DNA of 46,079 nucleotides, from assembly GCA_041752595.1 (NCBI GenBank), contig JBGSWE010000002.1, positions 1 through 46,079 on the forward strand, read 5' to 3'. Of this stretch, positions 27,098-38,500 are shown piece by piece (the stretch's first letter is position 1; every line of letters starts with the position of its first letter). This DNA comes from Candidatus Saccharimonadales bacterium. Its GTDB lineage: Bacteria; Patescibacteriota; Saccharimonadia; Saccharimonadales; JACDBH01. The translations under genes and the position numbers were made by a program. The notes beneath the pieces are model-generated. The model saw only the letters and a list, made by a program, of their open reading frames with translations. It ran no database searches and was not told the origin of the DNA.

Positions 27098-29062
27098 ATG
27101 TCAGGATTTAATCTAAAGAGTAAATACACTCCAGCCGGTGATCAACCGGCAGCAATCGATTTAATTACAAAACGTTTAAATGAAAACCTAAAAGAACAGA
27201 CACTTTTAGGAGTTACTGGTTCTGGTAAGACCTTTACCATGGCTAATGTTATTCAAAATATTCAAAAACCCACTCTCGTACTTAGTCATAACAAAACTCT
27301 TGCAGCACAACTATACAGTGAGTTTAAAAACTTTTTTCCAGATAATGCCGTACATTATTTTGTTAGCTATTTTGATTACTATCAACCAGAAGCTTACATA
27401 GCAAGATCAGATACTTACATAGAAAAAGATAGCCAAATTAATGAAGAAATTGATAGACTACGTCACGCCGCCACTGATGCGCTACTGACTAGAGACGACG
27501 TAATAATTGTTGCCAGCGTTAGCTGTATCTACGGCATTGGGTCGGTTGAGGACTACGAGGGATTATCGGAAATTGTTGTTAAGGGTGAGCGTAAAGTCCG
27601 TGATAAGTTTCTACGTAAGCTGACTGACATTCAATATCAGAGAAATGATATAGATTTTCATCGTTCTACATTTAGAGTAAGAGGTGACGTTGTAGACGTA
27701 TTTCCTGCCGGAGAAGAAACAGCTTATAGAATAGATTTTTTTGGCGACGATGTAGACAGGATTACTAAGATAGACCCACTCACAGGCGAAATAATTGAAA
27801 GCCTAGACAGATTACAGATTTTCCCAGGTTCTCACTATGTAACTCCTTACGATAAGCTTAAGATAGCCTTAGGTAGGATTCAGCAGGAACTAGAACAACA
27901 AACAGAGATATTCAATAAGCAAAACAAATTATTAGAAGCTCAACGTCTTAATCAACGCACAAAGTTTGATCTAGAAATGCTCGAAGAGACAGGTTTTGTT
28001 AAGGGTATCGAAAACTATTCTAGATATCTAACCAACCGCGAACCAGGTGAACAGCCGGCAACTTTATTAGACTACTATCCAGATGATTTTTTGATGTTTG
28101 TAGACGAATCACATATGACTATGCCGCAAGTTAGGGGTATGTATAACGGAGACAGGGCTCGCAAAGAAGTGCTTGTGGAGCATGGCTTCCGCCTGCCTAG
28201 CGCACTAGATAATCGTCCATTAAATTTTGCTGAGTTTGAACGCCATGTTAACCAAGTTGTATATGTCAGTGCCACGCCAGCACAATATGAACTTGAGCGT
28301 TCTCCCGAGCCGGCCCAGCAAGTGATTAGACCGACAGGCTTACTCGATCCGCCAATAGAAGTGAGAAAGATAGATGGTCAAATTGACGATTTGATTAATG
28401 AAATACGCGCTACAATTGCCAAGAAACAACGAGTACTTGTAACGACACTCACAAAACGCATGTCAGAAGACCTTACTGATTACCTTAAAGAAATAAATAT
28501 TAAAGTAACATACCTTCATAGTGATGTTGACACATTAGAGCGTACGGATATTTTACGCGATCTTAGACTTGGTATTTATGATGTTGTTGTAGGAATCAAC
28601 CTGCTACGAGAAGGACTGGACCTGCCAGAAGTATCACTTGTCGCAATTCTTGATGCCGACAAAGAAGGATTTCTGCGTAGTGAACAAGCCCTCATACAAA
28701 CGGTTGGCCGTGCAGCACGTCACGTTGAGGGAAGAGTAATAATGTACGCTGATAGAATCACAGGTTCTATGCAACGCACAATTGACGAAACTAACCGCCG
28801 TCGTAAAATCCAAAAGACCTACAACGACGATAACGGCATAACACCAGAGGGCATTAATAAAGCAATTGATAAGAGTATGAGTGTCGATCTAGGTGAGGAA
28901 GCCAAAAAGGCCAAACTTGACCTTAAGAAGATTCCAAAAGAAGAATATAACCATCTAATCAAGGATTTGACTGTTCAGATGGATTTAGCTGCGGCTAATT
29001 TGCAGTTCGAAAAAGCTGCTGAGTTACGAGATATTATAGAAGATGTAAAGAGTAAGCTGTAA
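27098..29062 (+). CDS. uvrB: excinuclease ABC subunit B
   Basis: [37 protein letters not shown]-terminal UVR domain. Confidence 0.98.
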   Translation: MSGFNLKSKYTPAGDQPAAIDLITKRLNENLKEQTLLGVTGSGKTFTMANVIQNIQKPTLVLSHNKTLAAQLYSEFKNFFPDNAVHYFVSYFDYYQPEAYIARSDTYIEKDSQINEEIDRLRHAATDALLTRDDVIIVASVSCIYGIGSVEDYEGLSEIVVKGERKVRDKFLRKLTDIQYQRNDIDFHRSTFRVRGDVVDVFPAGEETAYRIDFFGDDVDRITKIDPLTGEIIESLDRLQIFPGSHYVTPYDKLKIALGRIQQELEQQTEIFNKQNKLLEAQRLNQRTKFDLEMLEETGFVKGIENYSRYLTNREPGEQPATLLDYYPDDFLMFVDESHMTMPQVRGMYNGDRARKEVLVEHGFRLPSALDNRPLNFAEFERHVNQVVYVSATPAQYELERSPEPAQQVIRPTGLLDPPIEVRKIDGQIDDLINEIRATIAKKQRVLVTTLTKRMSEDLTDYLKEINIKVTYLHSDVDTLERTDILRDLRLGIYDVVVGINLLREGLDLPEVSLVAILDADKEGFLRSEQALIQTVGRAARHVEGRVIMYADRITGSMQRTIDETNRRRKIQKTYNDDNGITPEGINKAIDKSMSVDLGEEAKKAKLDLKKIPKEEYNHLIKDLTVQMDLAAANLQFEKAAELRDIIEDVKSKL

Positions 29063-29079
29063 CTATAGTCTATAACTTA

Positions 29080-29108
29080 ATTATATCACACAAATTATAA
29101 AAAGTCAA
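29080..29108 (-). promoter_or_regulatory. near-consensus promoter pointing antisense into uvrB
   Basis: Minus strand TTGACT (29108-29103), 17 bp, TATAAT (29085-29080), with an extended TG. Confidence 0.65.
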
Positions 29109-29148
29109 TATGACGTTAGCTATTGTACGGTGTTATAATTAACAATAC

Positions 29149-29442
29149 ATGGCGCAAATAACTAAAAAAGATGTATTAAAATTGGCTCAATTAGCCAGAT
29201 TAAAACTAAAAGACGACGAAGTTGAAGCTTATCAGTCCGAAATTAGCGAAATTATTAGTTACGTAGAAATGTTAAAAGATGTAGATACCGAGGGTCTTAA
29301 ACCGACCTACCAAGTGACTGGCCTGGTAAATGTTACTCGTAGCGACGAGGTTGTTGATTACGGCAGTGACCAGGCGGAATTATTAAAAAACTTACCAGAC
29401 CGAGAAGGTGACTATATAAAAGTTAAGCGGATGATTGCTTAA
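29149..29442 (+). CDS. gatC: Asp/Glu-tRNA amidotransferase subunit C
   Basis: LA.LARL, VDTEGL.PT; immediately upstream of gatA. Confidence 0.93.
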   Translation: MAQITKKDVLKLAQLARLKLKDDEVEAYQSEISEIISYVEMLKDVDTEGLKPTYQVTGLVNVTRSDEVVDYGSDQAELLKNLPDREGDYIKVKRMIA

Positions 29443-30863
29443 TGAACTGGCAGCCAATTGACGAGATAGCGAATTCTGTACGAACTGGGAAAGTTTCAGC
29501 CCACGATTTAGTAATTAAATCTCTCGATAATATCGAAAGCCTCAAAGAATTTAATTCAATAATCTCTACAACTTCAGAACGCGCAAAAGAGCGAGCGCAG
29601 TTTATTGATGAACTAGTGCGTAGTGGTAAGAATCCTGGCAAACTTGCCGGCGTACCCTTTATTGCTAAGGATAATTACCTTGCATTCGGTTCTGATACGA
29701 CCGCTGCTAGTAATATACTAAAAGGCTTCAATGCTCCTTATCAAGCAACTGTTATAGAAAAACTGGAAGCTGAGGGTGCGATACTAGTAGCCAAAGCTAA
29801 CCTAGACGCATTCGCACATGGTTCTAGTACAGAGAATAGTGATTATGGCCCTAGTCTTAACCCCCACGATAAAACCCGTGTTCCAGGTGGAAGCTCTGGT
29901 GGTTCGGCAGCAGCAGTTGTGCTTGGCCTAACGCCCTTTGCGCTCGGATCCGACACGGGCGGATCAATTAGATTACCAGCAAGTTTTGTAGGTGCGGTTG
30001 GATTAAAACCAACTTATGGACTAGTTTCACGTAGCGGAGTTGTGGCAATGGCTAGTAGCCTAGATTGTATGGGGCCTATAACTAATAACGTCAAAGATGC
30101 AGCGCTTATTCTAGATATAATCAGCGGAAAAGATGAGCTAGATAGCACAACTATTGTGCGTGATGAAGCTAGCTATAACAATTTAGACACCAATTTACGA
30201 GGCAAGGTAATTGGAGTTGTAAAAGAATATATGAGTGATGATTTGGACGAATCCGTTAAGTCTGTGATAAAAAAGGCCGTTAATGATTTAGAGGTTGCCG
30301 GTGCCGTAATAAAAGAAATCAGCTTGCCGTCACTGCCCCTAGCACTAGCTGTTTATTATATTATTTGCCCAGCTGAAGTCAGTAGTAATTTGAGTCGATA
30401 TGACGGTCAAAGATTCGGTTATTCATATGATAATGCAAACGATATAACAGAAAGTTATGAACTTTCACGAGAGCAAGGTTTTGGCGCAGAAGCAAAACGA
30501 CGTATTATGATCGGAACCTATGTACTAAGTTCTGGATATTATGATGCTTATTACACAAAAGCACAGACAGTTAGAACTAAATTAATCAATGAGTTCGAAC
30601 AAGCCTTTTCGCAGGTAGATTTTTTGCTGGGACCGACAGCGCCTGGGCCGGCATTTAAGCTTGGTGACAAAGGCGACGATCCACTAAAAATGTATCTTGT
30701 TGATATTATGACGGTTGCAGCTAATTTGGTCGGAGTGCCATCTATAAGCGTACCTGCAGGGTTGGTTGATGAATTACCGGTTGGTTTACAGTTAATGAGT
30801 GCTCAAGGCCAAGACAGGGCTCTACTTGGCGCAGCTTTAGCCTATGAGGGGTTAAATGTATGA
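29442..30863 (+). CDS. gatA: Asp/Glu-tRNA amidotransferase subunit A
   Basis: PGGSSGGSAAA, GSDTGGSIR, SNLSRYDG, RRIMIGTYVLSSGYYDAYY. Confidence 0.97.
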   Translation: MNWQPIDEIANSVRTGKVSAHDLVIKSLDNIESLKEFNSIISTTSERAKERAQFIDELVRSGKNPGKLAGVPFIAKDNYLAFGSDTTAASNILKGFNAPYQATVIEKLEAEGAILVAKANLDAFAHGSSTENSDYGPSLNPHDKTRVPGGSSGGSAAAVVLGLTPFALGSDTGGSIRLPASFVGAVGLKPTYGLVSRSGVVAMASSLDCMGPITNNVKDAALILDIISGKDELDSTTIVRDEASYNNLDTNLRGKVIGVVKEYMSDDLDESVKSVIKKAVNDLEVAGAVIKEISLPSLPLALAVYYIICPAEVSSNLSRYDGQRFGYSYDNANDITESYELSREQGFGAEAKRRIMIGTYVLSSGYYDAYYTKAQTVRTKLINEFEQAFSQVDFLLGPTAPGPAFKLGDKGDDPLKMYLVDIMTVAANLVGVPSISVPAGLVDELPVGLQLMSAQGQDRALLGAALAYEGLNV

Positions 30864-31270
30864 GTATTGAAATAATAATTGCAATTATTGGAGCTGGTTT
30901 AGCAATGCTAGGTATTATTACCTTTTTAGCTAGACGACCCCGCAAAGAACTAGACCGTGGATATTTTACGGGTAAATGGAACGAACTACAAAAGGGGTTA
31001 AGTCAAAAAGAAACTTGGCCAATGGCAATTATCCAAGCAGATAATTTGCTGGATGAAGCGCTAAAAAGAAGTAGATTTAAAGGCAAAACTATGGGTGAGC
31101 GAATGGTTGCTGCGCAGAAGTCGTTCACTAATAATGATCAAGTTTGGTTTGGGCACAAATTAAGAAACAAAATAGTGCACGAGACAGATATAAAACTTAA
31201 CGAAAAAGACGTTAAGTCCGCTCTACTTGGTTTACGGCAAGCACTCAGAGATTTAGGGGCGTTGAAGTAA
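30860..31270 (+). CDS. membrane-anchored hypothetical protein between gatA and gatB
   Basis: N-terminal TM; AII.AD.LLD, G.TMGER, HKLRNKIVHE; overlaps both neighbours. Confidence 0.8.
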   Translation: MSIEIIIAIIGAGLAMLGIITFLARRPRKELDRGYFTGKWNELQKGLSQKETWPMAIIQADNLLDEALKRSRFKGKTMGERMVAAQKSFTNNDQVWFGHKLRNKIVHETDIKLNEKDVKSALLGLRQALRDLGALK

Positions 31271-32703
31271 TGAGTGACTACAAGGCCACGATTGGTATCG
31301 AGTGTCATGTTCAGCTAAAAACAAATACCAAACTATTTGCAGCAGTTGCAAATGATGCGAGAGACGCTGAGCCGAATACACTAATTAGCCATATCTGTCT
31401 TGGAATGCCAGGTGCATTACCGGTACTTAATGATAAAGCAGTTGAACTTGCTACTAAGGCTGCCTTTGCCCTAAATACCCGACCACAACTTTTTAGTAAG
31501 TTTGACCGTAAACATTATTTTTACCCCGACCTACCAATGGGGTACCAGATTACCCAGTATGAAGAACCGATTATCTTAGGTGGACATGTTGATATCGAGG
31601 TAGATGGAAGCAAAAAACGTATTAACATAACCCGTGCTCATCTAGAAGCTGATGCTGGAAAATCTACTCATCCAACTGGTACTGACTATAGTTTGGTTGA
31701 TTTAAATAGAGCCGGCACACCACTTTTAGAAATTGTGTCAGAACCAGAAATGCACAGTGCAGCTGAAGCTAAAGCTTTTGCCCACGAATTATACCTACTT
31801 ATGAAATATGGTGGTGTAAGTGAGGCCGATCTATATCACGGAAATATTAGGTTTGATGTAAACGTATCGGTAAGTAAAAATGATGAGCTTGGTACACGAA
31901 CAGAAACTAAAAACCTAAACTCATTCCGTAGCGTTGCTGGCGCAGTTGATTATGAAATACAAAGACAAACTGAAATATTAGAAGCTGGCGGCGAGATAGT
32001 ACAAGAAACACGTGGCTGGGATGATAACAAACTATCTACATTTAGTCAGCGCACCAAAGAAGATGCTCATGACTATAGGTATTTCCCCGATCCAGATCTG
32101 CCACCAATTGTGCTAGATGAAAAATTTATATCTTCTATTGAAGCCACGATGGCCGAGTTACCTCAATCACTGCGCATTCAATTTAAGGATATAGGTTTAG
32201 ATGATTCGCAGACGGCCAGCTTATTAGAAGAACCAGAACTAGCTAATTTTATTAGATCGATAAATGATGCCCATGACATTAAAACAGCCCGAACAATTGC
32301 TCACTGGATGACTGGCGAGGCATCCAGGCTGGTTACTGAAGGAACATTCGCTTGGTCTGACGTGTTTAATAAAAATGTCCAATTAGTTGCACTTGCATCT
32401 ATGGTAGATAGTAATTTATTAAGTTCTAGTGCGGCAAAGCAAGTATTAATTGAAGTAATAAAAACTGGGGATGATCCCAAATCTATTGCAGAGGCTAAAA
32501 ACTTAATACAAGAGTCTGATGAGTCGGCGCTAGTTATGATTGTAGAACAAGTTTTAAGTGAAAACGTAAAAGCTGCCGAAGATGTGAAAAACGGCGAAAT
32601 GAAGGTAATCGGATTCTTAGTAGGTCAAGTTATGAAGGCAAGCGGTGGCAAAGCCAACCCAAGCGTAGTTGCTGAGCTTATAAAAAAACAACTTGTAGAA
32701 TAA
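31270..32703 (+). CDS. gatB: Asp/Glu-tRNA amidotransferase subunit B
   Basis: IGIECHVQL, RKHYFYPDLP, DLNRAGTPL, YRYFPDPDL. Confidence 0.97.
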   Translation: MSDYKATIGIECHVQLKTNTKLFAAVANDARDAEPNTLISHICLGMPGALPVLNDKAVELATKAAFALNTRPQLFSKFDRKHYFYPDLPMGYQITQYEEPIILGGHVDIEVDGSKKRINITRAHLEADAGKSTHPTGTDYSLVDLNRAGTPLLEIVSEPEMHSAAEAKAFAHELYLLMKYGGVSEADLYHGNIRFDVNVSVSKNDELGTRTETKNLNSFRSVAGAVDYEIQRQTEILEAGGEIVQETRGWDDNKLSTFSQRTKEDAHDYRYFPDPDLPPIVLDEKFISSIEATMAELPQSLRIQFKDIGLDDSQTASLLEEPELANFIRSINDAHDIKTARTIAHWMTGEASRLVTEGTFAWSDVFNKNVQLVALASMVDSNLLSSSAAKQVLIEVIKTGDDPKSIAEAKNLIQESDESALVMIVEQVLSENVKAAEDVKNGEMKVIGFLVGQVMKASGGKANPSVVAELIKKQLVE

Positions 32704-32730
32704 TTCAATAAGTTGTAAAGTTATTTTCTA

Positions 32731-33336
32731 ATGAGTGAGCTAAGCCCAATATCGCAATTTGAAGAAGTAGTGGATGAAATATTGGCTGTTAATGGCCAGC
32801 CCCAGGATCAATTTTACGCACGTTTAGCTGCGGAAATGTACGTCAATAGGCACCTAGCTTCACCCACAGTAATGTGGGGTGCCAATTTTGGCGATGTATC
32901 AGTAAGTCGAGAAATGGTAATCCTTGAATTACCAGATGAGATGTTGTCATATCGTCGTGTAACTATTGCAAAAAATCTCGGAGTTCAAGCCATGGAGGGT
33001 ACAGGTCAAATTACACGTACACTAACTTTTGAATTTCCACTAAGTTATGCAATGGCTAGTCAATTAGCAGGAGAGTATCGATCGACCAGACAACTTGAAG
33101 ATGCCGAACAGCAAGCAGTAGTAGATTGGCTTAAAAGCCCTTTGTTAACAACTAATCCATCGGAATTACTTAAGAAGCTTAGTGAAGTTGAAGAAGAGCA
33201 AATTGAAAAAGCTCGTATTGATGCAAAAAAGTTAGACGCTCAATTTAATGATATTCATCAACGTGACATTAGGCCCAATAGTATACCAATTAGTTTCTTT
33301 AACCCTACACCAAGGCGCAGGGGTCCCCGTAGATAG
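32731..33336 (+). CDS. hypothetical protein (201 aa)
   Basis: Fills the gap; TAAAGT -10 lies 9 nt upstream; no recognised motif. Confidence 0.7.
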   Translation: MSELSPISQFEEVVDEILAVNGQPQDQFYARLAAEMYVNRHLASPTVMWGANFGDVSVSREMVILELPDEMLSYRRVTIAKNLGVQAMEGTGQITRTLTFEFPLSYAMASQLAGEYRSTRQLEDAEQQAVVDWLKSPLLTTNPSELLKKLSEVEEEQIEKARIDAKKLDAQFNDIHQRDIRPNSIPISFFNPTPRRRGPRR

Positions 33337-33435
33337 TGGGGGTAGGTACAAAGTTAATTTGCCAAATTCCAATAACTGTTTAGTTAAATTTCTTTCAAGC
33401 AAGCATAAGCATTTGGGTGTGATACAATCTTTGGG

Positions 33436-34335
33436 ATGTCACATAAACCTGTAAGAAAAGCCGTAATTGCCGCAGCCGGTTTTGGTACCCGCTTTTTGCC
33501 ACAAACCAAAGCAATGCCCAAGGAAATGCTCCCACTTATCGACAAGCCAATTATTCAGTACATCGTAGAAGAACTCGTTGATGCCGGCATTCAAGACATA
33601 ATAATTGTAACCGGCTATCACAAACGATCTATAGAAGACCACTTTGATCAAATGAGCGCTGATTTACGCGCCAATCTAGAACAAGGTAACAAGCATGAGT
33701 TACTAGAATCAACATCAAAAATATCAAACTTGGCTAATTTTGCTTATATTAGGCAAAAAGGACCATATGGTAATGGAACTCCAGTGCTTAATGCCGAACA
33801 TTTGATTGGCGATGAGCCATTCTTTTACACATTTGCAGATGATTTCTTTGTTGCTAATCCATCACGCTTTAAACAGATGGCAGAACATTATAATACGTTT
33901 GATGCGAGCGTTCTGCCATGCATTCGCATGGGTAGCGACGAAGATTATAAACGCTATGGTATTGTTGCAGGCGAGCAAATTAATGACGGCATCATCAAAA
34001 TGCATACAATTATCGAAAAACCAGGTAAGGAAAAAGCCCCAAGTGATCTAGGCAGCGTATCTGGTTATTTATTAACCCCAGACATTTTTAAATATTTGCA
34101 TGAAGCAAAAGCAGAACTTCAAGAAGGCCAAGAATTCTATATTCATTACGGCATGCAGCGCATGATCGATGACGGTAAATCTATGTATGCGTTTGAGGTC
34201 CAAAACGGCAAGTATTATGACACCGGTAATAAGCTAGAATATCTAAAGACAGTTGTAGATTTTGGCTTAAAGCACGATGAGCTAAAAGATGAGTTTATGG
34301 TGCATCTTCGCAATATTATTGACAAAGATGTATAA
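33436..34335 (+). CDS. galU: UTP--glucose-1-phosphate uridylyltransferase
   Basis: AAGFGTRFLP.TKAMPKEML, IEDHFD, IEKP, YDTG. Confidence 0.93.
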   Translation: MSHKPVRKAVIAAAGFGTRFLPQTKAMPKEMLPLIDKPIIQYIVEELVDAGIQDIIIVTGYHKRSIEDHFDQMSADLRANLEQGNKHELLESTSKISNLANFAYIRQKGPYGNGTPVLNAEHLIGDEPFFYTFADDFFVANPSRFKQMAEHYNTFDASVLPCIRMGSDEDYKRYGIVAGEQINDGIIKMHTIIEKPGKEKAPSDLGSVSGYLLTPDIFKYLHEAKAELQEGQEFYIHYGMQRMIDDGKSMYAFEVQNGKYYDTGNKLEYLKTVVDFGLKHDELKDEFMVHLRNIIDKDV

Positions 34336-34343
34336 TAATAAGT

Positions 34344-34598
34344 ATGCAAGACGCAGAAACAGTTTTAGTTATCATTCTTTCAGTCACCTTAACTGTGTTT
34401 TTAATAATAGGAATAATCTTATTAACTTTTTTGGTTAAACTAGCAAAAACTCTAAACGAAATTGCCTCAAAGGCTCAAGACGTTGTAGGTAACGTAGAAT
34501 CTGCCTCCGAAATACTTAAGAACGCAGCTGGACCAATAGCTATGGGTAAACTATTAGTTGGAGTAGCGGATATATTTAAAACCAGAAAGGGTAAATAA
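34344..34598 (+). CDS. DUF948/YoxC-like membrane protein
   Basis: TM plus helical tail, directly upstream of a YtxH-like gene. Confidence 0.65.
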   Translation: MQDAETVLVIILSVTLTVFLIIGIILLTFLVKLAKTLNEIASKAQDVVGNVESASEILKNAAGPIAMGKLLVGVADIFKTRKGK

Positions 34599-34600
34599 TT

Positions 34601-35002
34601 ATGAGTAAAAATTCCGGAAAATGGGCATTTGGAGCGGTGGTATTTGGTGTAACTGGTTATATAGTTGGTGTTTTAACAGCTCCAAAATCTGGCAAAGAAA
34701 CCCGTAAGGATATTGGAGTTGCTGCAAACAAGGCCAAAACTGATGCTGAAAAAATGCTAAAAGTAGTTCTAAAAGACCTTAACACTCAAATAGAAAAAGC
34801 TAAAGAAGTTGGCAATAATTTGCGCGGTAAAGCCAAAGATGATCTAGACAAGGCAGTTGCAAAAGCAATTATCGCAAAAGATAAAGTTCGTGAGATACTA
34901 AGTACACTACACGACGGTGATGCTGATGATCCAGAACTAAAAAAGGCTATAAACGATGCAAAAAGCGCCCTCAAAAACCTCGAAACCTACATCAAAAAGT
35001 AA
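34601..35002 (+). CDS. YtxH domain protein
   Basis: G..G...GVLTAPKSGKETRKD motif. Confidence 0.88.
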   Translation: MSKNSGKWAFGAVVFGVTGYIVGVLTAPKSGKETRKDIGVAANKAKTDAEKMLKVVLKDLNTQIEKAKEVGNNLRGKAKDDLDKAVAKAIIAKDKVREILSTLHDGDADDPELKKAINDAKSALKNLETYIKK

Positions 35003-35264
35003 CCAAGTTACTTCCCCCAAAGACTACGAACGTTTTGGGCGCTATATGGCAGACGTATATGAATCTGGTTATATAAACAGAAAGCGTATGTATTATGCAA
35101 GTTTTGTTAAGGGTATACTATTAGGTTTTGGTGGTGTTGTTGGCGCAACGGTTGTAGTCGGATTATTATTATGGGGATTATCGCTATTTAGCGAAGTACC
35201 CTTTATTGGGGATATTGCTAAGAATTTAGAAAGCACAATTAACACTAGCACAGGAAGTAATTAA
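34956..35264 (+). CDS. DUF5665-like membrane protein (start uncertain)
   Basis: SF.KGI..GFG.VVGATVV...VPFIG pattern. Confidence 0.7.
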   Translation: MQKAPSKTSKPTSKSNQVTSPKDYERFGRYMADVYESGYINRKRMYYASFVKGILLGFGGVVGATVVVGLLLWGLSLFSEVPFIGDIAKNLESTINTSTGSN

Positions 35265-35266
35265 CT

Positions 35267-35440
35267 ATGACTGAAACAAGTCTTGAAACTATTGATGATC
35301 AGATAAATGAACGTACAACTATAATAGGACGTGCAGTTGGAGTAATTGCAACCCCAGTAGAACTAGTTAGAAACATTCGTAATAAATTTTCAGATCTTGG
35401 AAATCAGGTTCTCACAGCAATAGGCGAAGAAAGACAGTAA
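35267..35440 (+). CDS. 57-aa hypothetical protein (not in ORF track)
   Basis: MTETSLETIDDQINERTTIIGRAVGVIATPVELVRNIRNKFSDLGNQVLTAIGEERQ; starts 2 nt after the upstream stop and fills the gap. Confidence 0.55.
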   Translation: MTETSLETIDDQINERTTIIGRAVGVIATPVELVRNIRNKFSDLGNQVLTAIGEERQ

Positions 35441-35500
35441 TTATAGTTGTAATTACCACCCTCGCAGGATAAGTAGTTTTTGCCTATAATAGTTACATCT

Positions 35501-38500
35501 ATGGCTGGAAAAAACTTAGTATTATCACCAAGTGATTATGTTCACTTACATAATCATTCTCATTATAGTTTGCTTGATGGTTTAACTAAGATTCCATCAC
35601 TTATTGAGTATGTTAAAACTATGGAAATGAAGGCCGTTGCAGTTACTGATCACGGAACAATGTCAGGATTAATAGAGTTATACAAAGAAGCAACTCAAAA
35701 CGACATTAAACCAATTCTTGGCATGGAAACTTACATGTCTGCACGTACTTTATCCGATAAAGAAGCAAATAAAGACAAGCAGAATTTTCACTTGATACTA
35801 CTTGCTATGAATAACGTCGGATATCAAAACCTGATGCATCTAAGTACAATTGCTAACTTAGAAGGTTTTTATTACAAGCCTCGAATTGACCGTGAAACTC
35901 TCTTAAAATTTAACGAAGGACTAATCGTTTTAAGTGGATGTATAGGTAGTGAAGTTGGTGATGCTTTACGCCAAGGCCAATATGATCAAGCCAAAGAAAT
36001 AGCTGAGTGGTATAAATCAGTTTTTGGCGATAGGTATTATTTAGAAGTTCAAGATCATGGACATCCTAAGCACCCAACCGTTTGGCAAGAGCAAGTAGGT
36101 GTAAACGAGCAATTATTTAAACTTGGTAAAGAACTTGAAATACCTTGTGTTTTAACCTGTGATGCTCATTATTTAACACATGCCGATCAAGAGGCGCATG
36201 AAATACTGCTTTGTGTTCAAACAGGTTCGTTTTTAACGGATACAAATCGAATGAGCCTAGCAAATATGGAACTTCACGTTACTGATCCAAACGAATTAAT
36301 TGATCGTTGGGGAGAAGAGCACCCAGAAATAATTACTAATTCAAGAAAAATTGCAGATCGTTGTGATGTAAAACTAGAGGTAGGAAAAATATTAATTCCT
36401 AAATTTCCAACGCCAAAAAAAGAAACAGAAAAAAGCTACTTAGACTACCTAACCTTCAATGGACTCGTTAGTCGATATTTAGGCAAAGCCAGTGATTCTA
36501 AAGATATCGAAAAGCTAAAACAAATACTGCCACCAGAAGTTGTTGAGAGGGCTGTTTATGAGATGGGCGTAATAGACCGCATGGGCTTTAATGGCTACTT
36601 TCTTATTGTTCAGGATTTTATAAATTGGGGCAAAGACAGGGGCATAATTTTTGGACCAGGAAGAGGTAGTGGTGCAAGTTCAATTGTTGCGTACGCACTT
36701 AGAATTACAGAAATTGAACCGCTAAAATACGATTTGCTTTTTGAAAGGTTTTTAAACCCCGACCGAATTAGCATGCCGGATTTCGATATCGATATACAAG
36801 ACAGTAGACGTGGCGAAGTTATTCAGTATTGTATCGACAAATATGGTGCGAACAGGGTTGCTAGTATTGTTACTTTTGGAAAGATGGCTGCACGTAACGC
36901 TGTAAGAGATGTGGCACGTGTATTACAGGTTCCATATTCTGAAGCAGACAGATTAGCTAAAATGATTCCACCTCCAGTTCAGGGCCGTCATATCCTACTT
37001 TCAACTTCGCTTATTGAAAACCCAGAATTAAAACATGAAAACGAAACCAATCAACAATCTGCACGTGTTTTTGCACTAGCCACAAAATTAGAAGGTACAA
37101 TAAGGAGCCACGGCGTACACGCAGCTGGCGTAGTAATTGCGCCCGATGAAATAGTTAAATTTGTACCTCTTGAAATGGCGCAGAAGGGAATAGTTGCTAC
37201 CCAGTATTCAATGGGGCCAGTAGAAGATCTCGGGCTGCTAAAAATGGATTTCCTAGGTTTAAGTAACCTTACTACAATTAAAAATGCGCTTAGAATTATC
37301 AAAAAAGTATATAAAAAAGATATTGATATAAACACAGTACCACTTGATGATCAGGAAACTTTTGAACTATTGCAGCGCGGTGATACAACTGGCGTTTTTC
37401 AGCTTGAATCTTCTGGTATGAAGAGATATTTAAAAGAACTCAAGCCTACCGAATTTAGTGATATTATCGCCATGGGTGCACTATATAGACCCGGCCCGAT
37501 GGCCGAAATACCGAGGTTTATTAAAGGCAAACATAATCCAGATGAAGTTCAGTATTTACATGAATCCCTCGAACCAATACTGAGCGACACCTACGGCGTG
37601 ATGGTTTATCAAGAGCAAATAATAAAGCTTCTTCAACTTGTAGCTGGCTATACGCCCGGAGAAGCAGATCTAGTACGTAAGGCGATTGGTAAGAAAAAAA
37701 GAGATATAATGCAGGCCGAAGAGCCAAAATTTATTAAGGGTTGTATTAAGCAGGGCTTATCTAAAACAGAGGCCGAAACTTTGTGGGCTCAGATTCAACC
37801 TTTTGCAGATTATTCCTTCAATAAGGCTCACGCAACGTGTTATGGGTTAATATCCTACCAAACCGCATATCTTAAGGCTCATTACCCATCAGCATTTATG
37901 GCTGCACTAATGACAAGCGACTATGACGATACCGATCGGTTAAGTATCGAGATAAGCGAATGTAAACACGTGGGCATAGAAGTTCTACCACCAGATGTAA
38001 ATGAATCTTTTGTAGAATTTGCGGTTGTGTCTAAGGGTGATCCGCTTCATGATCCAATTCGTTTTGGAATGAATGCTGTTAAAAATGTAGGCACTGGGGC
38101 AGTAGAAGAAATATTACGCGCCCGAGAAGAGGGTCATTTTGATAAGCTAGAAGACATATTTGAAAGAGTTAATCCCCGAACAGTTAATCGTAAGGCACTT
38201 GAAAGTTTAGTTAAGGCTGGAGCCTTTGATGCATTTGGTGACAGAAATCAGTTGCTCGGTAATATTGAGGTATTTTTAGCTTTTGCTAATCGTATGCAAA
38301 AAGAGCATGCTGCTGGACAAGTAGGTCTATTTGGTGAAAGTCACGGAGCTTTAACGCCCCAAATCGTCATGGAAAAAACTGTAGAAATACATAGTCAACA
38401 AGAACAGCTTAAGTGGGAAAGAGATTTGCTAGGCTTGTATTTGTCGCAGCATCCACTAGAGGCATTCCAAACTTATTTAACAGAACTAGCTATGCCAATT

